Assembly: GCA_943788985.1 (NCBI GenBank)
Contig: CALSSJ010000023.1
Coordinates: forward strand, 64,001-128,000
Length of the DNA: 64,000 bases
Reading direction: 5' to 3'
DNA from: an uncultured Lentisphaerales bacterium
Lineage (GTDB): Bacteria > Verrucomicrobiota > Lentisphaeria > JABSQK01 > UBA12247
The first letter of the stretch is position 1, and each line of letters starts with the position of its first letter. Shown in pieces: positions 32,405-42,046 of the stretch. The notes beneath the pieces were generated by a model, which did no database searches, was not told where the DNA came from, and worked only from the letters and a program-made list of their open reading frames with translations. The translations under genes and the position numbers were made by a program.

Positions 32405-33703
32405 TCAGCGCGCCGGTAACACTTCCACATACTCCGATTCATCAGTTAGCCGATCCCATCCGGCTCGGCAAATCTCGATGTTCTGCGCCAGTTCACCACT
32501 CTGGAATCGTCTGCGCAGCCGCGTGAGAACTTGCCCCTCTTTCAGCAGGCCTCGCAATGAGCCAATCGCCTTAAACTCCTGGTCTGACGCAACCCGCCAC
32601 AGGTAGCCTTCCGGCTTAAAAGCTTTGCTCCGCGCGACGCGTCGCTCGATCTCATCCGCGGCATCAGACATCGCCACACGATCAGAACGGTCCGTGCCTT
32701 CATATCCTTCATCGACATTTGGCAGTGCCTCACTGTAACTGCCGTCTCCCGTCGTCAAGCTGATATCAGTACTCGTCAGCCGCTTGCACCACTCCAAGCG
32801 CGTAGGCTCAATTCCCGACGCCCCAGTGCTCCCTCTTTCGAAGTCGAACCCCAAAGCCTTTGCAAGGCCCGCTACGCTTCCTGCATGAGCAGCCATCTGA
32901 TCGTACCAAGCTTGAGCCCCCCACGGTAAGGCCTCTCCCCGCGGCATCCGCCCCTGAGCCCGCCTCAGTTGGTCCAGCCATGCGAACTGATAGCTCAGAT
33001 CATCCGGCAGATCTAGCTTTGTGCTTCCGTGCAAGTAGAATGTTACCGGTAGCTGCCCTGACACTCCGGAGCGCAGCGAGCGCAGCGGGTAGACCGCCGG
33101 GCGCTCGCTTCGAAAGCTAATCACAACCGGAACAGTTCGCGCAGAAATGGCCGCCGCTCCCGCCCGCCCCATGTAGTGCGTGTCAAAATAGAGAGCATTT
33201 AGATACCAATCACCAAGTGCAAACTCCGCAATGGTCGACTCCCGCCCTTTCGATGAAACCCGCCGATCCGCAAGCCACGAGTACAGCTCCCTGGCTCGCT
33301 TGGGCGCAAACGCCCTGTGCTCCACAAGCATGGCTTCCATCAGCCCCTGTGACTCGGCCGCCACCGCCTCTGCGGTCAGCGCCACATCCCCCAACAGAAC
33401 CGAACGCGGTTGCTCCCTTTGCTTAAGCCGGGTAAAGGCCATCAAGCCATCAAACAGGCCACCAGGAGCCGCCTCGATGCGCCCTCTCATCGGTGTCGGT
33501 AAAAGCAGCACAAACGCTCCCCCCTTTCCCCCAAGGTCGTACTGCATGCACCAGGTATGGATATCGCTCGAAGCGTCAAACGATAGCAATGCCTGGTGAG
33601 AGGAGATCCGTAGTCCAGTCCCTTCTCCCTGAAGCAGAATTCCTGCCTGTGTGTACCCACACAACAGGGCAAAACACCCGAGACTAATGAATCGGATACG
33701 CAT
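32405..33703 (-). CDS. Exported hypothetical protein, DUF2330-like
   Basis: Likely start MRIRFISLGCFALLCGYTQAG (signal peptide); QALLSFD..FVLLLPTP..LF and PVVISFRSERPAVYPL resemble DUF2330. Confidence 0.5.
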   Translation of the reverse strand: MRIRFISLGCFALLCGYTQAGILLQGEGTGLRISSHQALLSFDASSDIHTWCMQYDLGGKGGAFVLLLPTPMRGRIEAAPGGLFDGLMAFTRLKQREQPRSVLLGDVALTAEAVAAESQGLMEAMLVEHRAFAPKRARELYSWLADRRVSSKGRESTIAEFALGDWYLNALYFDTHYMGRAGAAAISARTVPVVISFRSERPAVYPLRSLRSGVSGQLPVTFYLHGSTKLDLPDDLSYQFAWLDQLRRAQGRMPRGEALPWGAQAWYDQMAAHAGSVAGLAKALGFDFERGSTGASGIEPTRLEWCKRLTSTDISLTTGDGSYSEALPNVDEGYEGTDRSDRVAMSDAADEIERRVARSKAFKPEGYLWRVASDQEFKAIGSLRGLLKEGQVLTRLRRRFQSGELAQNIEICRAGWDRLTDESEYVEVLPAR

Positions 33704-34775
33704 GTGCCAAAATAGCAGCGTCGGCTTTAAACAAGGCCGCAATAATCGCAACCCGCATCCACATCCCGTTTCGCTCCTGACGCCAATACACGACACGACC
33801 GTCTCCTGAGTAATCCACCGCTTCATCGATCTCGTCGCGCTTCGGTAACGGATGCAACAAGCACCCAGACTGCTTCAACATATCCAAGTGCCGCAGCCCA
33901 AACCGGAAGCGCTCTGGAGTTGCCACATGACCGTCGCTAGCCGCCAGGCCATCCCACTCGTCCTGGATCCGCGTCATGTAGACTGCATCCGCATCCTTGA
34001 TGCCATCATCAATCGAATCCACACAAGAATACGGAATCGAATGAAGGTCCAAAAATGTACAGACATCTGCTGACATTTGATAACGGTCTGGGGCTGCGAA
34101 AATTAACCGTACTCCTGGGTAATGCCGCATCATGTAAGACAAAGAGCGAACAGTGCGCCCTCTCTTAAGGTCTCCAACCATCATTATGGTTTTCCCCGCG
34201 ATTCCGCCATGCTGATCAAAGCTTTTCTGAAGCGTGTAAACATCAAGCAACGCCTGAGTTGGATGCTCCTCTGTACCTGCCCCACCCGACACAATCGGAA
34301 CCATTTGCTCCCCATCCCCCACCAAGAGCCGCCGCTCAGAATTCCAAGAGATCCAAAAAGCGGCCTTCACAGCATTTTCATCCTCATGGCGCATCACGAT
34401 CATATCCACATAAGACATGAACGTTCGAATCGAGTCCACCAAGGATTCGCCCTTCGACATCGAACTAATCTTGAGATCACGAAGAGACATTCGTCGCATG
34501 CCCAGAATCGTCTGCGCAGCGCTGAACGACAGAAACGTTCGAGAGCTCGGCTGCACAAAGAAATTCAAAGCCGTCCGGTGACGAAGGAGGCTTGCCAATA
34601 AATCTGCCCCAGCATCTGTTTTGTGAATGATCCGGCACGCATCTGCAACTTTGCAATAATGGTCCAATTGGGAACGATCAAACTGCTCCGCGTATAGAAT
34701 TGAATTTTTCCCAATAAGCGGAAGTTGCTGCTCTTTTGTGATAGCAAGGAACTGTGGAAGAGAATATCGTTTCAT
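33684..34775 (-). CDS. pyrB: Aspartate carbamoyltransferase catalytic subunit
   Basis: SSRTFLSF, SKGESL, MRH, HPTQALLD, GDLKRGRTVRS, YMTRIQDE, HPLP. Confidence 0.88.
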   Translation of the reverse strand: MKRYSLPQFLAITKEQQLPLIGKNSILYAEQFDRSQLDHYCKVADACRIIHKTDAGADLLASLLRHRTALNFFVQPSSRTFLSFSAAQTILGMRRMSLRDLKISSMSKGESLVDSIRTFMSYVDMIVMRHEDENAVKAAFWISWNSERRLLVGDGEQMVPIVSGGAGTEEHPTQALLDVYTLQKSFDQHGGIAGKTIMMVGDLKRGRTVRSLSYMMRHYPGVRLIFAAPDRYQMSADVCTFLDLHSIPYSCVDSIDDGIKDADAVYMTRIQDEWDGLAASDGHVATPERFRFGLRHLDMLKQSGCLLHPLPKRDEIDEAVDYSGDGRVVYWRQERNGMWMRVAIIAALFKADAAILAHAYPIH

Positions 34776-34907
34776 AGGGCACTCATTCTTGTCACGCTAC
34801 TGCATTCCGGATACTGCAACTTATTAGAGATTACGCCGAGGTCCACACGAACCGCCCAAACCTGATCGTAATCGCCCTTTGCCGGTGGGCCGGGCACAAG
34901 CTTCTAC

Positions 34908-35867
34908 TCATCCGAGATCTCCCGGGCCGGCTCTGCCTCGGCATAGACTAAAAAAGCCCTCTCCCGTGAGAGAGCGAGCTTCGCATAGGCGGCGCTTCTC
35001 TGCGCGCCCCACGCCCAAAACATCGATCGCCACCATGCGCACGAAGCCCTGCGTCCCGATCACCGCGCCGTTGCTCCAGTACGCGGCCTTCCGCAGAAAG
35101 GAAGCAACCCTAACCCCCTCTTCCTTCGCCCTTCGGTACGCGCTTTGGATACTTTCGCTTGTTGCACCGTCCTGTTCTGCGGCAATCGTCCGTGCCATAT
35201 CCCCCTTCAGCTCGGCAGCTACCTGATTGGCCGAACAAAAGTGTGCACCGTCCCCCAGTGTGCGTGCCATATGCCGTAGAAATGCTCCTCCACATGGATG
35301 CCTCCCACACCCGTGCCAGGCTCCCCAACTGGAATGGCGATAGTCACCCGGCTCGTTCACGAGTCCCGCCCGCACTGGGTTCAACTCCACGTACTTTACA
35401 CAGCTCCAGAGTGCCGTCTTGCCGTCTAGTAGGACACTTTTGAAGCGGTCGCCCCACAACCGGCCACGGCGACGCTTCGCGCGGCTCTCATTGAACCACA
35501 TCGTGAAGAGCTGCTGCAAGTCTTTCATCAACATACTGAAGTCACACAGTCGGTCCTGGACAGCCGGTAGCCCTGGTGACTCCGGGGTCATAACGCGCCG
35601 CCCTTCGTAGTAGGCGTTGTACCGAGCCACCGTCTCTTCTACTCCCGCCTTCTTCCCAGATGCGTAGAGAACCACGTGAAAATGGTTACTCATCACCACG
35701 TACGAGATCACCTCCACAGTATAGAACTGATCCAAGCGCCTGAGCAGCTTGACAAACATCTCCTTCTCAAGCTCCCCGAGCGGGCGCTCATCGGCATAGC
35801 CACCGCAGCGGTTAATGCAGTGGTAGTAGGCCCCACCGCCTTGATATTTGATCCGTGCTGTTCTCAT
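34908..35867 (-). mobile_element. REP-associated tyrosine transposase (RAYT; IS200/Y1 HUH superfamily)
   Basis: YHCINR, YVVMSNHFH (HUH), LWGDRFKS, YVELNPVRAGLV..DY..SS. Confidence 0.85.
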
Positions 35868-35914
35868 AAATCATTCAGTACTAGAACTTCTTGAAAAGGC
35901 AAATCCAGTTTATT

Positions 35915-35939
35915 AAAATGGGGTCTGTCCCTTAATTTT
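35915..35939. repeat. Imperfect palindrome upstream of RAYT (candidate REP or element end)
   Basis: AAAATGGGGTCTGTCCCTTAATTTT about 50 bp upstream of the RAYT start; only one copy seen in the window. Confidence 0.4.
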
Positions 35940-35996
35940 CGACGAGGAGAACGGGACTTGCTCGCACCTCGAGTTTTGTGGTTACCGCAGAAGGCG

Positions 35997-36878
35997 CTAC
36001 TCGCGTGGAAAGGCCAATGTGTCAGCGATATTATCTGTCTTACCCATTGCCATGATCAGGCGGTCCACGCCTATGGCAATGCCGCCTGTCGGAGGCATAC
36101 CCGCCTCCAAGGCACCAAGGAAGGCTTCATCTAATGGGTACACTTCGTGCCCTGCGTGCGCTCGTGTCGACGCAGACTCTTCGAACCGGGCGCGCTGCTC
36201 CCCGGCATCGACCAATTCTGAATAGGCGTTCGCCAGCTCTAAGCCGTTGGCGTACAACTCCCAGCGCTCGGCGACCTCGGGATTCTGCGGAGACCGCCGC
36301 GCTAGGGCTGCCAGCTTTGTGGGATAATCGATCAGAACGGTCGGGCGGCCGACCCCAAGGTGCCGCTCGATACGGTCCACAAGGAGATAGTCAAAATCGC
36401 CCTGCTCTACCGCCTGCACCGCAGAGATGTGGGTGTAGCGCCGGAAGGCCTCCTCGACGGTGAGTACCTCCCATTCACTGCCCCAAAACGCGGCTTCAGT
36501 CACGGCAAGAGCTCTGCTCACGTGCCGGAAAAGCCCTTGCGTCCTGCGTAAGATATCTCGGTAGTCGGCATTTCCTTCATAGAACTCTAGCATGCAGAAC
36601 TCGCTGCGATGCCGTCGACCGTGTTCACCAGCACGGAAACACGGTCCAAGCTGGTAGATTCGCTCGGCTCCAGCCTGAATCAGACGCTTCATGTGAAGCT
36701 CGGGTGAGGTTCGTAGCCACCAACTGCCAGCCGGAATCGCGTCTATGGTGTCTTCGAGGGCTGGAATCCGAACCCGGACCGGGGTGCTGACTTCGCAGAA
36801 GCCCTGGCTGTCTAGATAGCCCCGGATCTCACGATATACGGAAGCGCGAAGCTGAAGCGACTCAGCCCTTACGGACAC
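35997..36878 (-). CDS. epmA: EF-P lysine aminoacylase EpmA (GenX/PoxA)
   Basis: LRTSPELHMKRL, FRAGE..H..EF.MLEFY, ERWELYANGLELANAYSEL, GIAIGVDRL; no anticodon-binding domain; adjacent to efp. Confidence 0.92.
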   Translation of the reverse strand: MSVRAESLQLRASVYREIRGYLDSQGFCEVSTPVRVRIPALEDTIDAIPAGSWWLRTSPELHMKRLIQAGAERIYQLGPCFRAGEHGRRHRSEFCMLEFYEGNADYRDILRRTQGLFRHVSRALAVTEAAFWGSEWEVLTVEEAFRRYTHISAVQAVEQGDFDYLLVDRIERHLGVGRPTVLIDYPTKLAALARRSPQNPEVAERWELYANGLELANAYSELVDAGEQRARFEESASTRAHAGHEVYPLDEAFLGALEAGMPPTGGIAIGVDRLIMAMGKTDNIADTLAFPRE

Positions 36879-37428
36879 GTTCGCTGTATTCGCCGGTACG
36901 CGTGTCTATTTTGATCACGTCGCCTTCGTTGATCCACAAGGGTACCTGCACCTCGTATCCACTGTCAAGGGCCGCAGGCTTAAGCGTATTGGTGGCTGTA
37001 TCACCTTTGGCGCCAGGCTCCGTGTACTGGATGGTCTTATCGATAAAAATCGGCAACGTAACTTCCAAAGGCAGGTCGTTGTAATACAGAATTTTGCAGG
37101 CAGCGTTCTCGACGAGAAAGTGCACCTGGTCGCCCAGCAGATCCCCGGAGATATAGGTCTCCTCGAAGGTAGAATTGTCGCTGAAGACATACTCCTCGCC
37201 GGTGCTGTATAAGTAGGTTTGATCGCGTTCTTCCAACTGAGGCTTGGCGTGGCGATCATTGGGCCGGAACGTGCGCTCCATTGTATTACCGGTGATCATA
37301 TTCTTGAGCTTGGTTCTGTATAAGGCGAGACCTTTCCCCGGCTTGCAGAAGTCAAACTCTACGATTTGCCAAGGCTGGCCGTCGATCTCGACTTTCAGCC
37401 CCTTCCGTAGGTCCGAGCTATTGTACAT
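36862..37428 (-). CDS. efp: Translation elongation factor P
   Basis: KPGKG loop, PGAKGDTA, KIDTRTGEY. Confidence 0.96.
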   Translation of the reverse strand: MYNSSDLRKGLKVEIDGQPWQIVEFDFCKPGKGLALYRTKLKNMITGNTMERTFRPNDRHAKPQLEERDQTYLYSTGEEYVFSDNSTFEETYISGDLLGDQVHFLVENAACKILYYNDLPLEVTLPIFIDKTIQYTEPGAKGDTATNTLKPAALDSGYEVQVPLWINEGDVIKIDTRTGEYSERVRKG

Positions 37429-37470
37429 TCTTGCTCCCCAAAATGCCTAAAATTTTTGCGACCGGGCGGC

Positions 37471-37800
37471 TCAGCCTTCCTGGCGCAGTGCCACTCCAAA
37501 CTTGACCACATCATCTACCGAGCGCGCCGCGGTCTGAACTCGGCTTATCGCGGTGGTGACCTTGGTGATGTCGGCGTATGCATCCTGTGCCGCTGCCGCT
37601 GCCAGCGCTAACGCGTGCAGAGCATTCAGATAGATCTCCTGCGTGGGCTCTAGGTCCTGCCGGATAACCTCTTCCCAAAGCACCATGAGGAGGTGTACGA
37701 GTTTACGAAGCTCACGCTCCGTATTCGCCTCGGTCGCTAGCTGCTGAACTTTGTTCAGCGTATTGGCGAGCTCTGTAATTTCGCTGCGTAGGGTTGCCAT
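37471..37800 (-). CDS. Hypothetical helical protein
   Basis: 109-aa ORF with GGAG RBS, filling the gap between ahcY and efp in the same orientation. Confidence 0.6.
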   Translation of the reverse strand: MATLRSEITELANTLNKVQQLATEANTERELRKLVHLLMVLWEEVIRQDLEPTQEIYLNALHALALAAAAAQDAYADITKVTTAISRVQTAARSVDDVVKFGVALRQEG

Positions 37801-37815
37801 GCGGCGGTTCTCCGA

Positions 37816-39234
37816 TCAGTAGCGGTAATGTTCAGGCTTGAAGGGGCCGGACACGTCAATACCGAGGTAGTCCGCTTGCTCCTCGCTCAGAGTCGACATC
37901 TTAACGCCGATTCGTGCCAAATGAAGGCGGGCAACCTCTTCGTCGAGATGCTTGGGTAGAACAGTCACGCCAATCTCTCGCTTATTTTCCCACAGATCAA
38001 TCTGCGCCAAGACTTGATTGGTAAAGGAAGCACTCATCACGAAGCTTGGGTGACCGGTGGCGCAGCCGAGGTTCACCAGGCGACCTTCAGCAAGGAGGTA
38101 GATGCTGTTGCCATTGGCAAACGTGTACCGGTCCACTTGTGGCTTGATCGTGAGCTTCTTCACACCGGCAAGTTCGTCAAGCTTCTCGACTTGGATCTCA
38201 TTATCGAAGTGGCCGATATTGCAGACGATCGCTTGATCGCGCATATTCGCCATATGCTCTGCCGTAATGATATCTTTGTTCCCCGTACAGGTCACGTAGA
38301 TGTCGGCGGTAGGCAGGGCTTCTTCGATGGTTGTAACCTGAAAGCCAGCCATCGCGGCCTGTAAGGCACAAATTGGGTCCACCTCAGTAACAATAATCCG
38401 GCACCCTAGTCCCAGCAGAGCCTGGGCGCAGCCCTTGCCAACGTCACCATAGCCACAGACCACGGCGACCTTTCCAGCAATCATGACGTCCGTAGCGCGC
38501 TTGATCCCGTCCACCAATGATTCACGGCAACCGTAGAGGTTATCAAACTTGGCCTTCGTCACTGAGTCGTTGACGTTAATCGCGGGAACGAGCAACTCCC
38601 CTGCCGCCATCATCTGATACAAGCGATGCACACCAGTAGTGGTCTCCTCGGAGACGCCACGCCAGCTGGAAACCATATCGTGCCAGAAAGTAGGATTCTC
38701 CGCCAAGCGCTCTTTGATGACGCGGTGAACAATGGCGAGTTCTTTGTTGTCGGTTGGCACATCAAGGAACGCTGCATCGTCCTCTGCAGCAAAGCCGCGA
38801 TGTGCAGCCAGCGTCGCGTCACCACCGTCATCGACGATAAGATTTGGTCCATTGCCATCCGGGAAGGTAAGCGCCTTCATCGTGCAATCCCAATACTCAT
38901 CTAGCGTCTCGCCCTTCCAGGCGAAGACTGGCACACCGGAAGCTGCAATTGCCGCTGCGGCATGGTCTTGGGTGCTAAAGATGTTACAGGACGCCCAGCG
39001 AACGTCAGCGCCAAGTGCGACTAACGTCTCGATCAGGACAGCTGTCTGAATCGTCATGTGCAAACTGCCGGAGATGCGCGCGCCAGCCAAAGGCTGCTGC
39101 GTACCATACTTCTCGCGCAAAGCGATTAGACCGGGCATTTCATGCTCGGCAATCTCTATTTCACGTCGTCCAAAATCGGCCAGGCCGATATCTTTTACTT
39201 CAAAATCCACATTCAACTCCGTTCTCTTATTCAT
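37816..39234 (-). CDS. ahcY: Adenosylhomocysteinase
   Basis: [63 protein letters not shown] end; likely start MNKRTE at 39234. Confidence 0.97.
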   Translation of the reverse strand: MNKRTELNVDFEVKDIGLADFGRREIEIAEHEMPGLIALREKYGTQQPLAGARISGSLHMTIQTAVLIETLVALGADVRWASCNIFSTQDHAAAAIAASGVPVFAWKGETLDEYWDCTMKALTFPDGNGPNLIVDDGGDATLAAHRGFAAEDDAAFLDVPTDNKELAIVHRVIKERLAENPTFWHDMVSSWRGVSEETTTGVHRLYQMMAAGELLVPAINVNDSVTKAKFDNLYGCRESLVDGIKRATDVMIAGKVAVVCGYGDVGKGCAQALLGLGCRIIVTEVDPICALQAAMAGFQVTTIEEALPTADIYVTCTGNKDIITAEHMANMRDQAIVCNIGHFDNEIQVEKLDELAGVKKLTIKPQVDRYTFANGNSIYLLAEGRLVNLGCATGHPSFVMSASFTNQVLAQIDLWENKREIGVTVLPKHLDEEVARLHLARIGVKMSTLSEEQADYLGIDVSGPFKPEHYRY

Positions 39235-40210
39235 CGAGCCGTGCTCCAATATTATTCCATTTGCTATCGCTGATAACCGCTCCGGATTGTTGTACAACCG
39301 CGGCTCCTAACTTTGCGCCAAGCGCGCCGGCACGCGAGAGGTCCCAGCCATTTAGCCAGCCATACAGAAACCCGGCAGCCCAAAGGTCCCCTGCTCCCGT
39401 CGTATCGATGGCCTGCACGCGGTCGGCACCAGCCCTCGTAGACTCGCTCCCTGCGCGCAACAAGGCACCTTCTGGACCGAGTTTGACAGCCACCACGCGA
39501 CAGTGTTCTGCGAGGGTATCCAAAGCAACCTGCGGGTCATTGCTCCCGCAATGTGCGCGCGCCTCGTCTTCGTTGGCAAACACAACATCCACGTACTTAT
39601 CCAGCAACTCATCAAGGACATCACGGTTGGCCTCCACCACCTCGAACGAGGCCAAGTCCAGACTTACGCTGCACCCTGCGGACTTCGCAAGCTCTAGGAC
39701 ATGGCGCGCAAGGTCGCGATTAAACAGCACGTATCCCTCGATGTGCGCATGCCTTGCGGAAATGAAGTCAGCTGCCGAAAGCTCATCTGGTGCAAGGGTC
39801 ATCGCAGCACCCAGATTGGTCCGACAGGTACGTTCCGAGTCTGGAGTCACCAAGCTCAGACAGGCACCTGTAGGCACCGAGTCACTGGTCCGAATATAGG
39901 ACGTATCGACATTCTGTTGCGTTGCAGACGACAGGTAAAACTTGCCGCTGGGGTCGGTTCCGACCTTGCCAATAAAGCTTGCCGATGCACCGAGCCGAGC
40001 CATGCCGACGATCGTGTTTGCCGACGAGCCGCCTGGCGCACGAAGAAGCTCTACCGGCACACTCGCCACCAAGGCGTCGAGAGCTGCGGCATCCAGCAGT
40101 TCCATCCCGCCCTTGGCACCGGGAACCGATGACATGTACGACTCCGGGACATGAGCAATCATGTCCACCAACGGTGAGCCGACTCCGACGATATCGAATG
40201 GGCGCGCCAT
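39227..40210 (-). CDS. PfkB family kinase, probable adenosine kinase
   Basis: [28 protein letters not shown]; located between metK and ahcY. Confidence 0.85.
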   Translation of the reverse strand: MARPFDIVGVGSPLVDMIAHVPESYMSSVPGAKGGMELLDAAALDALVASVPVELLRAPGGSSANTIVGMARLGASASFIGKVGTDPSGKFYLSSATQQNVDTSYIRTSDSVPTGACLSLVTPDSERTCRTNLGAAMTLAPDELSAADFISARHAHIEGYVLFNRDLARHVLELAKSAGCSVSLDLASFEVVEANRDVLDELLDKYVDVVFANEDEARAHCGSNDPQVALDTLAEHCRVVAVKLGPEGALLRAGSESTRAGADRVQAIDTTGAGDLWAAGFLYGWLNGWDLSRAGALGAKLGAAVVQQSGAVISDSKWNNIGARLDE

Positions 40211-40218
40211 GACTGCGG

Positions 40219-41406
40219 TCAGCCTGCTGCCTGTTTCAAGTCGGCAGCCTTGTCAGTCTTCTCCCAAGGGAAAATCGACCGGCCGAAATGCCCACCCGCT
40301 GCGGTCTGGCGATAGCGCCAGCCCTGCGTGAAAGGGTGAAGAAGGTCCAGATGCGAGACGATCGCAGCGGGGCGAAAGTCGAAAATTCCGCCATCCTCGA
40401 GGATGGCCTGAAGTGCTGCGTCGGAAATCTTACCAGTACCGTACGTATCAACGTTTACGCTCAATGGGTGCGGCACGCCAATCGCGTACGACACCTGCAC
40501 TTCGCATTTATTAGCCAAGCCAGCTGCAACGATGTTCTTCGCGACATAGCGCCCCATGTATGCAGCAGAGCGGTCTACCTTGCTCGGATCCTTGCCTGAG
40601 AATGCACCGCCGCCATGGGAACCAACACCACCATAGGTATCCACGATAATCTTGCGGCCAGTAAGCCCGCAGTCACCGTGTGGTCCGCCGATCACGAAGC
40701 GACCGGTCGGATTCACGAAATAGGAAATGTCGTCATTTAGCAAGTTCGCTGGCACGACCTCCGCGACCACACCGCGTACCAGGTCTTCCAGTTGCTCCCG
40801 GGTCGCGTCCTCGCTGTGCTGGTGCGACACGACGACTGTTTCAACTGCGACAGGCAGTCCGTTGTCATAGCGCACAGATACCTGGCTTTTCGCATCGGGC
40901 CGGAGATAGCCATAGGCCGAATCATCGTGCCGGATCTCCGTCAGACGATTAAGAATCCCGTGTGAGAAGTGGATTGGTGCAGGCATCAGGTCAGGCGTCT
41001 CGTCGGACGCGTAGCCAAACATCATGCCTTGGTCGCCAGCCCCTTGCGCGCTGAACAGGCCAGCGCCTTCGTCCACGCCCTGCTGAATGTCGGCAGACTG
41101 CGTATCAATGCGCACAATCACCTCGGCGTCATCCGCGCTGAAGCCCAGGTCGGCGTGCGTGTAGCCAATTTCGCGAACTGTACGACGAGCGACTGCCGCA
41201 TAGTCTACCGGACTGCTCGTCGTAATTTCGCCAGCCACCACGATGAGATTTGTCGTTACCAACGTCTCACAGGCAACGCGGCTAGTCGGATCATGCTCAA
41301 GACAGGCGTCCAGAATGGCATCTGAAACCTGATCACTCACTTTGTCCGGATGTCCTTCTGACACCGACTCTGAGGTAAATACATGGTTGCCTTTAATCTT
41401 GCTCAT
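40219..41406 (-). CDS. metK: S-adenosylmethionine synthetase
   Basis: [35 protein letters not shown]. Confidence 0.97.
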   Translation of the reverse strand: MSKIKGNHVFTSESVSEGHPDKVSDQVSDAILDACLEHDPTSRVACETLVTTNLIVVAGEITTSSPVDYAAVARRTVREIGYTHADLGFSADDAEVIVRIDTQSADIQQGVDEGAGLFSAQGAGDQGMMFGYASDETPDLMPAPIHFSHGILNRLTEIRHDDSAYGYLRPDAKSQVSVRYDNGLPVAVETVVVSHQHSEDATREQLEDLVRGVVAEVVPANLLNDDISYFVNPTGRFVIGGPHGDCGLTGRKIIVDTYGGVGSHGGGAFSGKDPSKVDRSAAYMGRYVAKNIVAAGLANKCEVQVSYAIGVPHPLSVNVDTYGTGKISDAALQAILEDGGIFDFRPAAIVSHLDLLHPFTQGWRYRQTAAGGHFGRSIFPWEKTDKAADLKQAAG

Positions 41407-41436
41407 GCGTCCAAACCTGTCTCCATTGATTTATTC

Positions 41437-41452
41437 ATCCGCATTAGCGGAT
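41437..41452. promoter_or_regulatory. Palindromic operator candidate upstream of metK
   Basis: ATCCGC-ATTA-GCGGAT between the predicted promoter and the metK RBS. Confidence 0.5.
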
Positions 41453-41474
41453 TCTTGCCGACTTAAAAGCGATT

Positions 41475-41502
41475 AACATGCCCATGTACCCGCAGATGTC
41501 AA
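41475..41502 (-). promoter_or_regulatory. Putative sigma70 promoter of the metK operon
   Basis: Perfect TTGACA (41502-41497), with CATGTT as a weak -10 after 16 nt. Confidence 0.4.
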
Positions 41503-41540
41503 CTAAAATTTGTGGGTAGCACAGGGATAAAACTAGGCCA

Positions 41541-41560
41541 GCGTCACCCGGAGGTGACGC
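41541..41560 (-). terminator. Hairpin terminator after the V-ATPase operon
   Basis: GCGTCACC-CGGA-GGTGACGC 8-bp stem 12 bp past the subunit K stop; the T-run is displaced, so termination may be weak. Confidence 0.55.
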
Positions 41561-41572
41561 GGCGTTTCCGCA

Positions 41573-42046
41573 TCAGGCAAGTTTGCCAATCGTGAGCATC
41601 AGAAAGACCATCACAAAGAGACCCACGGATTCGATAATTCCGAGCACCATAATGAAGTTACCAAGGCCTTTTCCGGTCTCTCCGACTGCATCGGCGGCAG
41701 CTGCGGCAGCCTTCCCCTGCATCAGCGCCGACAGACCAATGGCGATTCCGCCAAAGATCCCGGCAGCGATCAGATGCGTAAAGTTCGCGCCCAGCGTACC
41801 GGCAGCGACAAGCTCACTGGCCTCTTTGCTTAGTGCCTTCATCAGCAGCAAGCCATAGATCGTCTGAGACAGCGGAGCCCCAACGAATGCGATGAGAATA
41901 AACGGCAAGCCCCGATCTTCAAGGATGCAGCGCTTCCAGGCGCCAATCGCTGCCAGGCCTGCAATTCCCGTACCAAAACATGACCCTGCGGCAGACAGAC
42001 TAATTGCGGCAGACACGCCGACATTTCCCCAAACTTCGATACTCAT
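41573..42046 (-). CDS. atpK: V-type ATP synthase subunit K (c-ring)
   Basis: 157 aa, four TM helices, PLSQTIYG, QGK, IIESVGLF. Confidence 0.9.
   Translation of the reverse strand: MSIEVWGNVGVSAAISLSAAGSCFGTGIAGLAAIGAWKRCILEDRGLPFILIAFVGAPLSQTIYGLLLMKALSKEASELVAAGTLGANFTHLIAAGIFGGIAIGLSALMQGKAAAAAADAVGETGKGLGNFIMVLGIIESVGLFVMVFLMLTIGKLA

Noticed and set aside
41407..41540. SAM or SAH riboswitch upstream of metK
   Set aside because: The leader after the predicted promoter is only about 60 nt and lacks recognisable SAM-I or SAH motifs.
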